Shown: in pieces, positions 12,801-24,077 of the stretch
Layout of the letters: every line of letters starts with the position of its first letter
Position numbering within the stretch: position 1 is the first letter of the stretch
Assembly: GCA_905178155.1 (NCBI GenBank)
Contig: CAJINV010000016.1
Span: 959,386-1,023,385 of the forward strand
Direction: 5' to 3'
DNA length: 64,000 nucleotides
From: Amoebophrya sp. A120
Lineage: Eukaryota; Protista; Dinoflagellata
Translations under genes and position numbers: made by a program
Notes under the pieces: model-generated
The model's input: only the letters and a program-made list of their open reading frames with translations
What the model was told of the DNA's origin: nothing
Databases searched by the model: none

Positions 12801-15800
12801 TGTGGCACTGTTTGCATCACAGATTCCGGAATCCCAAACAGAACACCACTTGGCGCATGAGTTTGTCATGCAAAGGCTCCACGTGTGGTGCTGTTTCTAT
12901 TGCTGTTCATGCAATACAAGTGAGGATGAGGGGGAGTTGTGCACTCTCATAAACACGGAGGTCCGAAGAAGCTAAAGACCGATCCGCGGTTTCAACTGGA
13001 GAAGGTGGACACGCCCTTTCGGTTTTTGTCCAGCAATATGCAGTGCAAATAAAGTATCGTACTCGTATAAATGCATTACAAAAATTTCCTCAGCATGAGA
13101 GATGAAATTTGTAATGCCGATTTGCCTTAGGGAAAGACTTGTAATGCATGATTGCAATACGAGTACGATACTTTTGCACAGGATAAGCAAAAAGCAGAAG
13201 CAGTTTTTCCGCACCGTCCCGGCTTTTCATGACCACCGCGAGACGATTGATGAGCAAGACGTCGACGACACCAACGCCCACCTTTCGCAGCGGGATGTTT
13301 GTGACTACATTCTTTCCCCCGTGACCACGTGCGGCATCCTGCGAACGAACGCACTGCTGCAGATTTCCACGAAGTTGACCTTCACCGACTCCTTTCTCAT
13401 TCCTGACCGCGACCGGGGCTTTTTCCGGAACCTGTTTTGTCGCGGTGGTGGCGTGGTGGGCTGCTTCACGCTGTTTGGCAGCTGCGGCAAGTGCAACCGG
13501 GGTTTGTACGCGCCGCGGATCCACCGAGAGGGGCGGAGGCAACTGTTAGAAAACGAGGTGAAAAGTATCTTTCACCACGACCGGCTTGCCCGGGTGCAGG
13601 AAGATGAACAAGGAGACTTCGCGGCGGACCGGGGAGGAGTAGATGACTACACGAGGAGCAACCGAGATGGAAACAAGGAGGCCGCTTTGATGCCCCCACC
13701 AGAGTCGGATCAAACAGAAAACCCTGCGGCCACTGCCGATGAACTACCTCCACAAGAAGTACAACTACCGAAGGCCGCAGTAGACCTCTCGGGCCCCAGG
13801 GAGGCGGTTTTGACCGGGAGCTATGAAACGAGGAAACACAGTTGCATTACGCTGTATGCCATTGCCGAAGTGGAGGTGTCGACCCAGTTTCAAGCCAAAC
13901 GAAACATCGAAAATAACGCAGGAGGACCCCACCAACATCCCCATCAACATCATGGGGTGCACGCACTGCACCAGCAGCACAAAATTGGCGCAGCAGCAGC
14001 AGGAGCGGCGGCGACCCACCAGCAGCTGTTGCAGCATCACCAGCACCAGCAGCAGCATGATCTTCAGCACAGAAACAGTGCGGCGGAGCACGCTGCAGCA
14101 GACGGGAGTTCCTCTCTCGGAAGTAGACAAGGGGGAGTTGGTGGTTTTCCCGCCTCTACTACGCCGGGTTCTTCAGCATTTCCGGGAGGTGATGGAAATA
14201 CCATATTTGGAACGGCAGGCGGGGGCGGAACAATCGGAAATTCAAATTATTACAACACTGCATTTCCATTTTCTTTTTCACCTCCACCACCGCCAGGGCT
14301 CACGACCACCAGCATTCATCCGCAGTCGAAGCTGTTGCAGAGACTAGGCTCTTTCCAGCCCCCACAATTTGGTCTTCAGCAACAACGTATCAACTGTAAA
14401 AATGTCTGGGTCTGGAAGATTCTGACACTTGTCATGCACGTTTTCCATGAGCCCTCATGTCTGTGATGCATGCCCTAGCACGACAGGTTTTCTGAGAGCT
14501 TCTTGATGCCTATTCCGCATGACAAATGCCCTCTCCGCGTAGCAAAAATTACATTCCTTTTGGTACTCATGCAATACAGATTTTTCTGGAATCCAAATGC
14601 AGCATCACAAGTTGCATTCTTCCAGACCTCCCAGACATTTTTACATTTGATACAACATGGTGGTCCTGCTGTGGGACCACCGCAGCATCATCATATTATC
14701 CAGCCAGAGGGAGAAAGTTCTGTTGAAACCCATCCGCTGCAAGGAGGAGGCAGCTTTTCCCTTGCCGCGGGCGGGGTTGATGAACTCGAAGAGAAGGACG
14801 CTTACCGGTCGCTGCGAGCCGGGGGTTTTTATGCCTTGCAAAAGATGTTGTAGAAGTGAAAGCATCGCATTCGCTGCACCCGTTGCACTAGACGTTGATG
14901 AAGCACTGCATAAATTATCTAAAAGTATTATAACGAGAATAACTGTCGAGTAGCTAGATATTTTCAAAATCATTCGCTAGCTATTAAAAATAGCTACTTG
15001 TTTGCATTGTATTTACGGTGCTATTAGCACGATGAACTAGCTAGCCTGAATGCTGTCACGGATGCGTAGACGCATCCGTGACAGCATTCCTACTAGCTAA
15101 TTAAATATCTATTCCGCACCTGAAGAGGTGGTATTTACAACATGCTTTTTTGAAAGCTAGCTAACGACTTTGAAAATTCTTAGCTACTCGACAGTTATTC
15201 TCGTTATAAGTATCTGTGCATTTATTTCGATTAGCATGGCAACAGACTAACTGCTATGTGAAATCGAACTTGCTAACATGTCTGCGCCGAAGGCGAAGGC
15301 GAACGCGAAGTCGAAGATTTTCAACCAAAGGTGACGAAAGGCGACTTAAAGATGTATTGAATTTTTTTCTCGTCTTCTGTGGCTACGTCGGAAGTATTGA
15401 GCAAGTAGATGCTTAATCATCTTGAATCGCTTTTGCAAAATGCATAGTTTATTTGCCGATGGCGCAGCTGCAAATAAATTCGCGTTTGATGCGTCTTCTG
15501 GGAATGAGGAAACTTCTGCCGCAGAAACTGACCTTGCGAGCATCAAACTGGTATGAACTGCAAAAGTATCGTACTCTTATAAATGCATGACAAATTTCAA
15601 TTTGCTCGGCATTACTACAAATGGAATTTGTAATGCGGATTTGCCTTAAGAAAAAATAAAAAAATTGTAATGCATAGATGCAATTACTACGAGTGCGATG
15701 CTTTTGCAATGCATAACTGGCAAAGCTGGCGAAGTGGTCCCCCTCCATGTTGGAATCAAGAACGGTAAAGTACCGGTCGGAGCTGAAATTTTTTCAGACC

Positions 15801-17503
15801 GACAGTGTGATATCCTGTGCAAAAGTATCGTACTCGTAGTAATTGCAGCCATGCATTACAAATCTCCTTTCCAAGCTAAAACAGCATGAAAAATTTCGTT
15901 TCTCATGCTGAGAACATTTGTCATGCGATTTTTACTAGTACGATACTTTTGCAATGCATATGTGAAAATGGAGTACAACGAATCCGCAAAAATGCTCTGC
16001 GAAACCGCAATTCTACTCCTGGAAACGCGGAAGAGAGGCGCGGTGGATGTTGCTCATACTAGCGCAGCAGGTGCTAGCGGCCAGCATCACCACTACCAAA
16101 TACACGGTGGACATCAAGTACATGGGCATCACCACCACCATTACGACGCAAACGAGCATAATTCTCACGGTACTGCTGCGCACCACCACTACCCGCTACA
16201 TCACCACCACTTGCACGCCCGGTCCTACAGCGGAGGGGTGGGCACCGCGGGGTACTTATCAAATGTAACAATGTCTGGGTCTGGAAGATTGCGAGGTTTG
16301 CCATGCAGAAATTCCATGACCCATGAGGTCTGGAATGCAGGACCTAGCATGACAGAGTCTGTGAGGTCTCTGCCATGCCTATCCCGCATGAGAAACTCCC
16401 GCCCAACTTGGTCGAAAGTGGACGGCTCTTGGCACTCATGCAACACAGATTTTTGCAATATTCGGATTTAGCATCACAAGGTCCAATCTTCCAGACCCAG
16501 ACATTTTTACATTTGATAGTACTTTCTCGGCCTGCCGCTGTTGGAACGGTTGACGGGGACGGGAAACTGCTCCGGGAACGAGGTCAATGTCAGCTTCAAA
16601 ATAGAGTCCTTCTCGAAGGACGGAACGGAGGTACGGTCGGTGGTCTCGGACCCGTCGACAGGGCACGGCTTCCGGCGGACGGCGCTGCTGGCAAACAAAG
16701 CGCATTTATTTTTCAACAATAAAGCCGCACCTGGAAGCAATCTGCGCATGAAACATCAACTGGGAGCTGCGAAACACCTCCACGCCGGCGCGGCGGAGGG
16801 AGAGCAAGAAGTAGATAGTGACTTCCTCGAATCCACCGCTGGAGAAGACGAAGAGAGCGATCATGTAGCTGAGACTGCGGAAGATGATAAAGCTTTTCCT
16901 AGAACAAGAAGTGCCTCCAGATCCGGCAAAACAGCACGAGACGACCTTCATGAACTTGAACGCCCGCGGGTGGACCACGGTGTTGTGTCTTCCTCTTCCC
17001 CCCTGGAAGTCGTCGCCACCGGAGCAGGAGTGAGGTACTATCAAACTGCAACGACTTCTAGACCTGCAAAAAAACCACGCCCCGAAGGGTCTACTTCAGC
17101 TGGGGTAAAAACTTTGAGTGGAGTATTAACCGGAAGAAGGAGTAGCGCTACGGCCACCAGAAGCAAAATTGTCTCAAACCACAATGAGTACAACTATACG
17201 AGCAGTAGTTCTACTGAGCAGGACGGCACGACTGCGGACTTGTCTAGTACCTCCGACGAGGCAGAGGAGAGGGAACTACACTATGTCGAACAAAAAGGGA
17301 ACCAAACAGCAGGAGTAGATCCGCTGGACGGGTACGAGATACAAAGAACTACCCTGTTGCAGAATGGCGCGATGAATCAAGATCAGGATGAATTGTATCC
17401 GCAAAATAAAAAGTCATTCATGAATTATTATGCCGCCGAAGTCGAAGATGAGGATGACGATTTGCTCGTGTCGCCGAGTGAAAACGAGGATTTTATAGCG
17501 TAG
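6870..17503 (+). CDS. Saccharopine dehydrogenase-like oxidoreductase (SCCPDH-like) with very large low-complexity insertions; 18 introner introns
   Basis: After in-silico excision: HDFVIFGADTVIGKLVIRYM, CISCESIY..., DYADCSNEPDFMRACIAHYHLAASESKARILLSAGSSFLPWDL, EYNESAKMLCETAILLL and GGVGTAGYFLGLPLLERL, in SCCPDH motif order. Start codon tentative. Confidence 0.7.
6995..7306. mobile_element. Introner family D (TIR TATTGYAAGGAAAAATCCCCC)
   Basis: TSD CAGCG. Confidence 0.9.
8160..8312. mobile_element. Introner family A
   Basis: TSD TGAGA. Confidence 0.9.
8372..8656. mobile_element. Introner family C (TIR TATCCTG..AAAAACGTCCCCACCCCA)
   Basis: TSD AGCAG/AGAAG. Confidence 0.88.
8708..8916. mobile_element. 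Introner family F-like
   Basis: TSD AATAT. Confidence 0.88.
9381..9658. mobile_element. Introner family B
   Basis: TSD AGGCG. Confidence 0.9.
9745..9996. mobile_element. Introner family B
   Basis: TSD AAAGC. Confidence 0.9.
10565..10713. mobile_element. Introner family A
   Basis: TSD AACGA. Confidence 0.9.
10752..11039. mobile_element. Introner family B (divergent)
   Basis: TSD CTACG. Confidence 0.88.
11096..11232. mobile_element. Introner family A
   Basis: TSD CAGCA. Confidence 0.9.
11295..11448. mobile_element. Introner family A
   Basis: TSD GTGTA. Confidence 0.9.
11627..11961. mobile_element. Introner family B (decayed)
   Basis: TIR recognisable, TSD eroded (GCGAG/GTACG), frame restored. 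Confidence 0.75.
12735..12951. mobile_element. Introner family G (TIR TATGANASTGCACAACTCC)
   Basis: TSD TACAC/AACAC. Confidence 0.88.
13037..13185. mobile_element. Introner family A
   Basis: TSD AGCAA. Confidence 0.9.
14388..14652. mobile_element. Introner family B
   Basis: TSD CAACG/CAACA. Confidence 0.9.
14830..15446. mobile_element. Decayed A-like introner containing a nested MITE
   Basis: TATGCCTTGCAAAAG..CTTTTGCAAAATGCATA, TSD GTTTT/GTTTA, frame restored. Confidence 0.8.
14929..15208. mobile_element. Fold-back MITE nested inside introner 14830-15446
   Basis: TSD AGTAT/AGTAT, TAT..ATA ends, about 65-bp TIR starting TATAACGAGAATAACTGTCGAGTAGCTA, perfect 20-bp-arm central palindrome at 15048-15089. 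Confidence 0.9.
15552..15715. mobile_element. Introner family A
   Basis: TSD ACTGG. Confidence 0.9.
15811..15960. mobile_element. Introner family A
   Basis: TSD TGTGA. Confidence 0.9.
16257..16518. mobile_element. Introner family B
   Basis: TSD GTACT. Confidence 0.9.
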
Positions 17504-18907
17504 AAGAGGTTGTATTTCACGTCCTCTACGGTGACTCGGTGTGAATCTAGATCTAGAACAGTCGACATCGCTGACTTGCCTTATTCCTTGGTGCAGCTAC
17601 CGAAAAATTTTCGTATCTCTCGCTCAAAGCATGATTTTGATTTGTGAAAAACTACCAATAAAAGCATGATGGAACAACGCGTCGTGTATTCCAAATTTTA
17701 TAAGGACTTTTCGTGCGTCTTCACCACTTGAAGGTGTTGAAGACAGACTACTCACGCGAGTGGCAAAATATGTCACTCTGATCATGTTCGTCGCGACGGC
17801 AAAATTTGTGTTGCAGAATTTCTGTTTTCGGTTCATACCATTATAATAGTTTCATTATCACTCGTCCGATATGTGTAGTATTCCATTTCGAGCGCACTGA
17901 CTGCGTGGTGAGGTGAATAGGTAGTAGTACCAGCAGCTACACACATATTGTCTTTTGGAGGAGGTCCGAATAGTAAGCCTGCTAGTCATACCATCGTCCC
18001 TCATCGTGCGTTAGGATTTCGGTCGCGAAAGTTGAATTTCACGTAGTTATCGGTTTTCGTTTTCATCCTGGAGTTTGCCTCTTTGGTATTTCACGCTCCT
18101 GCAGTCGGTAAAGCGATCGTCGTCTAACCAGATAATTAGTACAACTTCCCCACGAAACAACGTTCTGACCGCTCGTGCGACTTGACATCGTTTTCGTAAT
18201 GCGCAAGATAGAGAAGTAGAGAACGAAATGCTTTTGCAGACATGTAAAATAAAAGTTGTCTCGTCGGCGTCCTTGCGCTTTTACTTTCGTCTGATGCAGT
18301 ATCCGTATCAATCTAGGCCTAGCTCGTTTACTTTCATTGTTGATGTTTTCTTAATCGCCCCCCCCAACAGGTTTCACGAAACCCAGAACTCCGATGTATG
18401 TCACCTACTTCACTAGTGGAATGAAACCCCACATCAGCGTATTAACATTTTTTTTTTTTGTATGAAAACTTCTTCACTTCTTATTCGGAATTCTAATTTT
18501 CTACTGACAGCTGTTACAACTGTGACTTTCACTTTTCGTGATTGCGACTACTCTCTTCACCCCACAAGAAGAACTCTTCTCAAAATATTAGATCAACGCT
18601 GCACGACATTAAGGTCCTCGTGGAGGTGTGCCGTTTTGAACGTCCGATGTGCTAGTGGAGAAGAGAAAATCTACATATCAGCTTCATCAAGATTTTGAGG
18701 TCGGGAGGACATTTCATTTCGGATCTGATTCTGAACAGCGTCCTCCGACGTGCACGACCAGGGAACAGCACACAGCGTCATCTACTTCGCAAGAATCCTG
18801 TGTACAACTTCTCCACGACCCACCTGCTCATCATCTTCTCTGGCGGAGGACAACCGATTTCTCAATAGCGCAAATAAACCGCACAGCAAATCGGGAATAA
18901 AGTCAAC

Positions 18908-21900
18908 ATGATTGCCACCCGTGCTGTCCGCTGCGGCCTCTTCCTCGTCGGCCTTCTCGAGGTGATCTTTTTTCAGCCCGCGGATGGTGCTGGTACGGCG
19001 ACGGTGCCCTCCGGTTACGCTGCGTCGCAGCACACGCGGCCACTGCTGCTGTTTTCCTTTCTCGCGGCCTTGGCGACCCTGCCCACCGTGGAGGCGAGTC
19101 TGTGGGGCATCGGGCACGGGGGTCACCGCATTTACTGGGACAGCGAGCGCGCACTGCAGGACTTGCAGTACTCGTCGCCCGGTGGGGGCCTGGTATCCTG
19201 AGCACAAACGTCCCCACCCCAGAGTTGTCATGCGGATTTGCATCTACAGAAACATTTGTAATGCGGCTCCCCATGAGGGGCATTTCCAGTCGTGTTTTGG
19301 AATTTGTAATGCTAGCAACGGGATGAGCAGACGCATTTGTGCTGCGGCTGTCCTTACGAACCTGGTGCACTACACTACGCGCTGGTGCTTGTCATGCGTG
19401 GCTCCCAAAACTCCTAGATTTGTGTTGCTAAGTTCCCAACTGGACTATGGGGTGGGAACGTTTTTACCGAGGATACCTGGGGTTTTTGGATCAGCTCAAA
19501 TGGTACGTGCGCTACCTCATCGATGAAGAGAAAGACACGATTGACCGTATCCTGTGCAAAAGCATCCCCACCCCAGAGTTGTCATGCAGATCTGCAAGCG
19601 CAAGCGCGTTTGTAATGCGCATCCCCATGATAGGCATTTCCGATCGTGTTTTGGAACTTGTAATGCTGTAAACAGGATTAGCAGATGGATTTGTAATGCG
19701 ACTTCCCTATTCTAAACTGCACTACACTACAGCTAGCAATTTGTCATGCGTGGCTCCCAAAACTTGAAGGTTTGTGTTGCAAAATCCCCATCTTGACTCT
19801 GGGGTGGGGACGTTTTTCATTAGGATAGATCGGGGCGAACTTTACATGTACCAGCTGCGCACGCCGACCAGCGGGGGCCACAACTGCCTCATGTACACCA
19901 GTATGCAGTGCAAAAGTATCGTACGAGTACAAGTTGCATGACAAATTTTTGCAGGAGGAAAAAGGCAATTTGTATATGCAGTTTCAGGCAACCAGGTAGA
20001 TGTGTCATGCTGTACTGCGATTAGTACGAATACGGTAGTTTTGCAGAGCATAACCAATTGGGGGGAGGTCAATGACCCGCGTCTCGGGGGGAAGTACGAA
20101 GCGCTGGACCAGTGGGAGCTGGGGGTGGATGGCAACCAAGCGAAAATCTGGGTGTCCCAATACCCGGAGTGCATCGTGTGGACGGACAATCTATGAATTG
20201 CAAAAGTGTCGTACTCGTAGTAAAAATTGCAGCCATGCATCACATCAATTTTTTTCCCCAAGGTAAATCCGCATGAAAAATTTTATTTCTCATGCTGGGG
20301 AATATATAAATGTGTATTGTGTAATGCATTTTGATTTATATATACGAGTGCGATACAACTTTTGCAGTTGATACATTCTGGAATTCCTCTCGGACCCGGG
20401 CTTCGTTGAGCATATGAACCACGATACGGAGGAAAAGGACCCCCACAACCAGGGGGCGGCTCAGCCAAACAACATGCCCGGTTTAGTGATGGCAGCGGGA
20501 GCACAGAAATTCGGCGGTATGAGAAGATAGATTTACTTGTACCAGAACCAGATCATGTTGGAGATGATATTTCTATTTCACCAAAACCTATATATCGATT
20601 CGTGACGAAATTGTTCCACTAGACTACTACAGTTCACTTGTCAGCAAGTATATAAGTTCTTGCGCAGCCGCTTTAGAAGAAGAAAGAAACTCTTTATTTG
20701 AAGATGCGTAGGACGACAATGTCAGTTGATGTTCTTCCTGCTCCTCCGGTATAGTTTTCGTTTTAATGAAATTAAAAAACCGAAAAAATTTTTAAACACA
20801 TCAGTGAAAAACAACGCGCAAAACAACGCACTGATGGGCGCGGGCATGGGTCTAATGTCCGGCGAAACTTCTTTGCGTCACCCGATCTGGATCCCGAGTT
20901 ACGTCGTGGGCGGCGCTGTCGGCATGGCGAACGAGAAGTTTGCGAACGTGGCCTCGATGGGGGTCTCGCACAAAAGCGCGGAGTTTCGGATGTACACGAA
21001 ACTGAACATGGACCGCGACGGGACGGTGGAGATCGACGAGTCGCAGGCGTACATCGTCAAGTACGACGTCCGCATTCAGAACATCACGGTCGGGCTCTGC
21101 TGCGGCTGCATCTGTCTCTTCCTGCTCACCGCGATTGGGCTGGCGGTCTTTTTCATCTTTTGCCACGTCAAGCGCGAAGTGCGCAACAAAAACGCGCGCT
21201 ACCTATCCAAGAAAAAAACGTTGTTAGTGTAAATTTGTGATGCGCAACATGCAAGATGATTGCGTCTGTCATGCTTGGCATGCGTCGTAGAGTCCATTAA
21301 AAGGCATTTTCGCATACTATCTGCGCATGACAGGTTTTTGCTGTCATGCCAGACAAATTTGTAATGCTGTTCCTCCAAAAAAGTTACACCTACATTGTTT
21401 TTTTGTTGGATACTACCTGATGGAGGACGACTACTACGGAGAAGACGACGGCTATGCCGCGGCGGCGGGGGAGGGGGGCGGATGGAACAATTGGCAGTGG
21501 TGGTGGGATGATCCCAACGCGCGCCAGGACAACTACGGTGGAAACTACGCGGACGCCTACGCGGCTGGTTACGACAACTACGGCGGCAACGCCATGATGT
21601 ATGGGGGCGGGCAGCACATGCAGCACAACCCGATTATTTCTGGCTCCGCCATGGAAGCCAACATGCCGGGCATCATATCCGGCACGCAGTCGCCCTCCGC
21701 AATTCCCACAGACGGGGACACGGACGGAGAAAGCGGCTACAACAATTCCTCCTCGGCGAAGTTTCAGGGGAGTAGCTCCTCGAAGCAGCGAATCCTGGAC
21801 CAGTTGGCCGCCCTGGATGCGCACGAGAATTCGCAGATGGAAAGTGGCCTCAACGTCAACTCCTCGTCTATCCTGAGTAAAAACGTCCCCACACCAGAGT

Positions 21901-23489
21901 CAAGATGGGAAATCTGCAAGACAAATCAGCCACCGGTGGTTGTTTCGCATGACAAGTTTGTCCTCGTAGTGTAGTCCTGTTTAGGTAGTCCAGAAGCATC
22001 ACAGATCTAGCACATCGTGTTGATTATAGCATAACAAGTTCCAAAACATGGCCAGAAAATGCCTCTCATGGGGTTCCGCATGAGAGACCTTTTTGGCATG
22101 CAGATCTGCATGTTAAATATGGGGTGGGGACGTTTTCACACAGGATATCGTCGGCGAAACGGAGCTCCAGTCGGAAAATGAACTCGTCCGCGGGTGGTCA
22201 GTATCCTGTGCAAAAGTATCGTACTCGTATTGCAATCATGCATTACAAATCGAGAAAGCACTTGCGCGAGAAAGAAAAGGCTGTACTGAGCGAACCGGGC
22301 GAGTTTTGAACGGGCCAAAGAGACACTTGAGTCAAGCCCAGACAGGAAGAAGAAAGAAAGAAAGAAAGGTAAATCCGCATTACAAATTTTATTTCTCATG
22401 CTGAGAAAATTTGTAATGCTAATGCATTTATACGAGTGCGATACTTTTGCAGTTCATAGTCAGCAAATGAACTCGTCCGCGGGCCGGCAAAACAACTCCT
22501 CGGCGGGTGGGCGAATGAACTCGTCCGCGGGTGGTCAGCAAATGAACTCGTCCGCGGGCCGCCAAAACAACTCGTCGGCGGGCTTCAGTAACGCGCGGGT
22601 GCCGACCGTGGACAGCAACGCGGAATCAGGACTGGAGTCCGGGTCCGCCGACTACAACGATCTTCCCGGAGGACCCGATGGGAACCCGCCGAAGCAAAAG
22701 CGGTCGTGGACGCCTAATGCCAAGAACTACGGCGGCGACACCCCGATGTCGCCCTGGTTCGCCACCCGCTCGTATTGTAAGGAAAAATCCCCCCTCCCCA
22801 TATCAAAACGGAATTTCTGATGCTGGATTTGTGTACACAAATCAGCTTTGTATTGCAGACAGACATTGCGGCCAGATCCCCAGGCTAGGTAGGGGCGTAT
22901 GGGTCTAGTTGTTCAGCATGGCAAACGGCTGCTCTTTAGGCCCAACAGCATGACAAACCGCCTCCATAACGGGGCGGAAGCTTCTGCCCTTCTGTTCCTG
23001 CAAGACGGATGTGATTTGTGACCTCAAATCAGCAACGCAAATTTTCGAAAGCATACCCTTTCAATATGGGGAGGGGGGATTTTTCCTTACGATAGCTCGA
23101 CCGGCGGGAGGGGGGCCGCGGATAACAATCGAAGCGACCACAACCAGATCAAGACCAGCGGCCCGCTGCTGCCGCACGGGGTGGCCAAGGCCGAGTTTGG
23201 GCAGCCAGGCTCAGGGAGTCCGGGCAAGAGGAAGTCCGGAAACAAGGGCTCGGGCAACTTTCTGGCCTATGAGCACCGCGTGCATTTGGAGGGGGAACAG
23301 CGCGCCAGCGGGACGAGTGGTCGCCGCGTGAAGATTTCCAGTGGCTCCTCTTCGCGGGGAAATCAGAGCGGGACATCGAGCGCCGCAGGCGAGAGCGACG
23401 TGGCCGGCGCCGGAGCGGCGCGAGCATCGTCCTCCGTGAAAGCCCGCAACAATGTGCAGGGCCGTTCCAAGCAGATCACCAAGGACTAG
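18908..23489 (+). CDS. Hypothetical secreted/single-pass membrane protein with an EF-hand-like loop and a S/G/N-rich tail; 8 introners plus one GT-AG intron (20517-20804)
   Basis: Hydrophobic N-terminus, NMDRDGTVEIDE loop, TM helix ITVGLCCGCICLFLLTAIGLAVFFIF and MNSSAGGQ repeats. Frame is restored across all junctions. Confidence 0.7.
19194..19475. mobile_element. Introner family C
   Basis: TSD CCTGG. Confidence 0.9.
19548..19827. mobile_element. Introner family C
   Basis: TSD GACCG/GATCG. Confidence 0.9.
19902..20052. mobile_element. Introner family A
   Basis: TSD ACCAG/ACCAA. Confidence 0.85.
20192..20373. mobile_element. Introner family A
   Basis: TSD CAATC/CATTC. Confidence 0.85.
21204..21412. 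mobile_element. Introner family F
   Basis: TSD CTACC. Confidence 0.9.
21869..22147. mobile_element. Introner family C
   Basis: TSD TCGTC. Confidence 0.9.
22202..22458. mobile_element. Introner family A with a (GAAA)n-tailed insert of about 115 bp
   Basis: TSD GTCAG. Confidence 0.9.
22773..23094. mobile_element. Introner family D
   Basis: TSD GCTCG. Confidence 0.9.
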
Positions 23490-23766
23490 TACTAGACCAA
23501 CCGCTGCATCATGAAATGGCAGACGAGAAGGTGGTGCTGGAGAATAGAAGAGGAGGAGAGGGCGCCCGGAGTTGTAGCTGCAAGGACCAAGCGTCAGTGC
23601 GACAACATGAACTACTTAAAACTTTTGAAACTTTTTAATTTTATTCGTCTTTTGTATTTTCACATTTACAACATAATTTCATAGCATTATTTCAAATTGT
23701 TACTGTACTATCCCACTTAAGAATTCGGCAACAGGAACATTTTTGCTTTATTCATGATCTTTACCA

Positions 23767-24077
23767 TATGGATGTGTCAGAGTTGAAATCGACAAAGTTG
23801 AAATAATTTGCCATGCATAAAATTAATGGATGCCAGCTGGAACCCAGTTTCCAAGTGGCGCATGACAAATTTCGGCGGTCCCTAAATCCAGGCTGTCATG
23901 CTGTTTAGGCAAAGAAGAGCGATTTTCTGATGCTACTTTAGCAGCTCGAGCTGTAACCCCAAACAGGCTTACAATCGGCCTCACTTGCCTGCTCTGCAAC
24001 ACACGCGCCTCGGCTCATGCATTTTATGCATTACAGATTATTTCAACTTTGACGATTTCAAACCTGACGCTTCCATA
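23767..24077. mobile_element. Introner family E element outside any evident CDS
   Basis: TSD TACCA. Confidence 0.9.
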
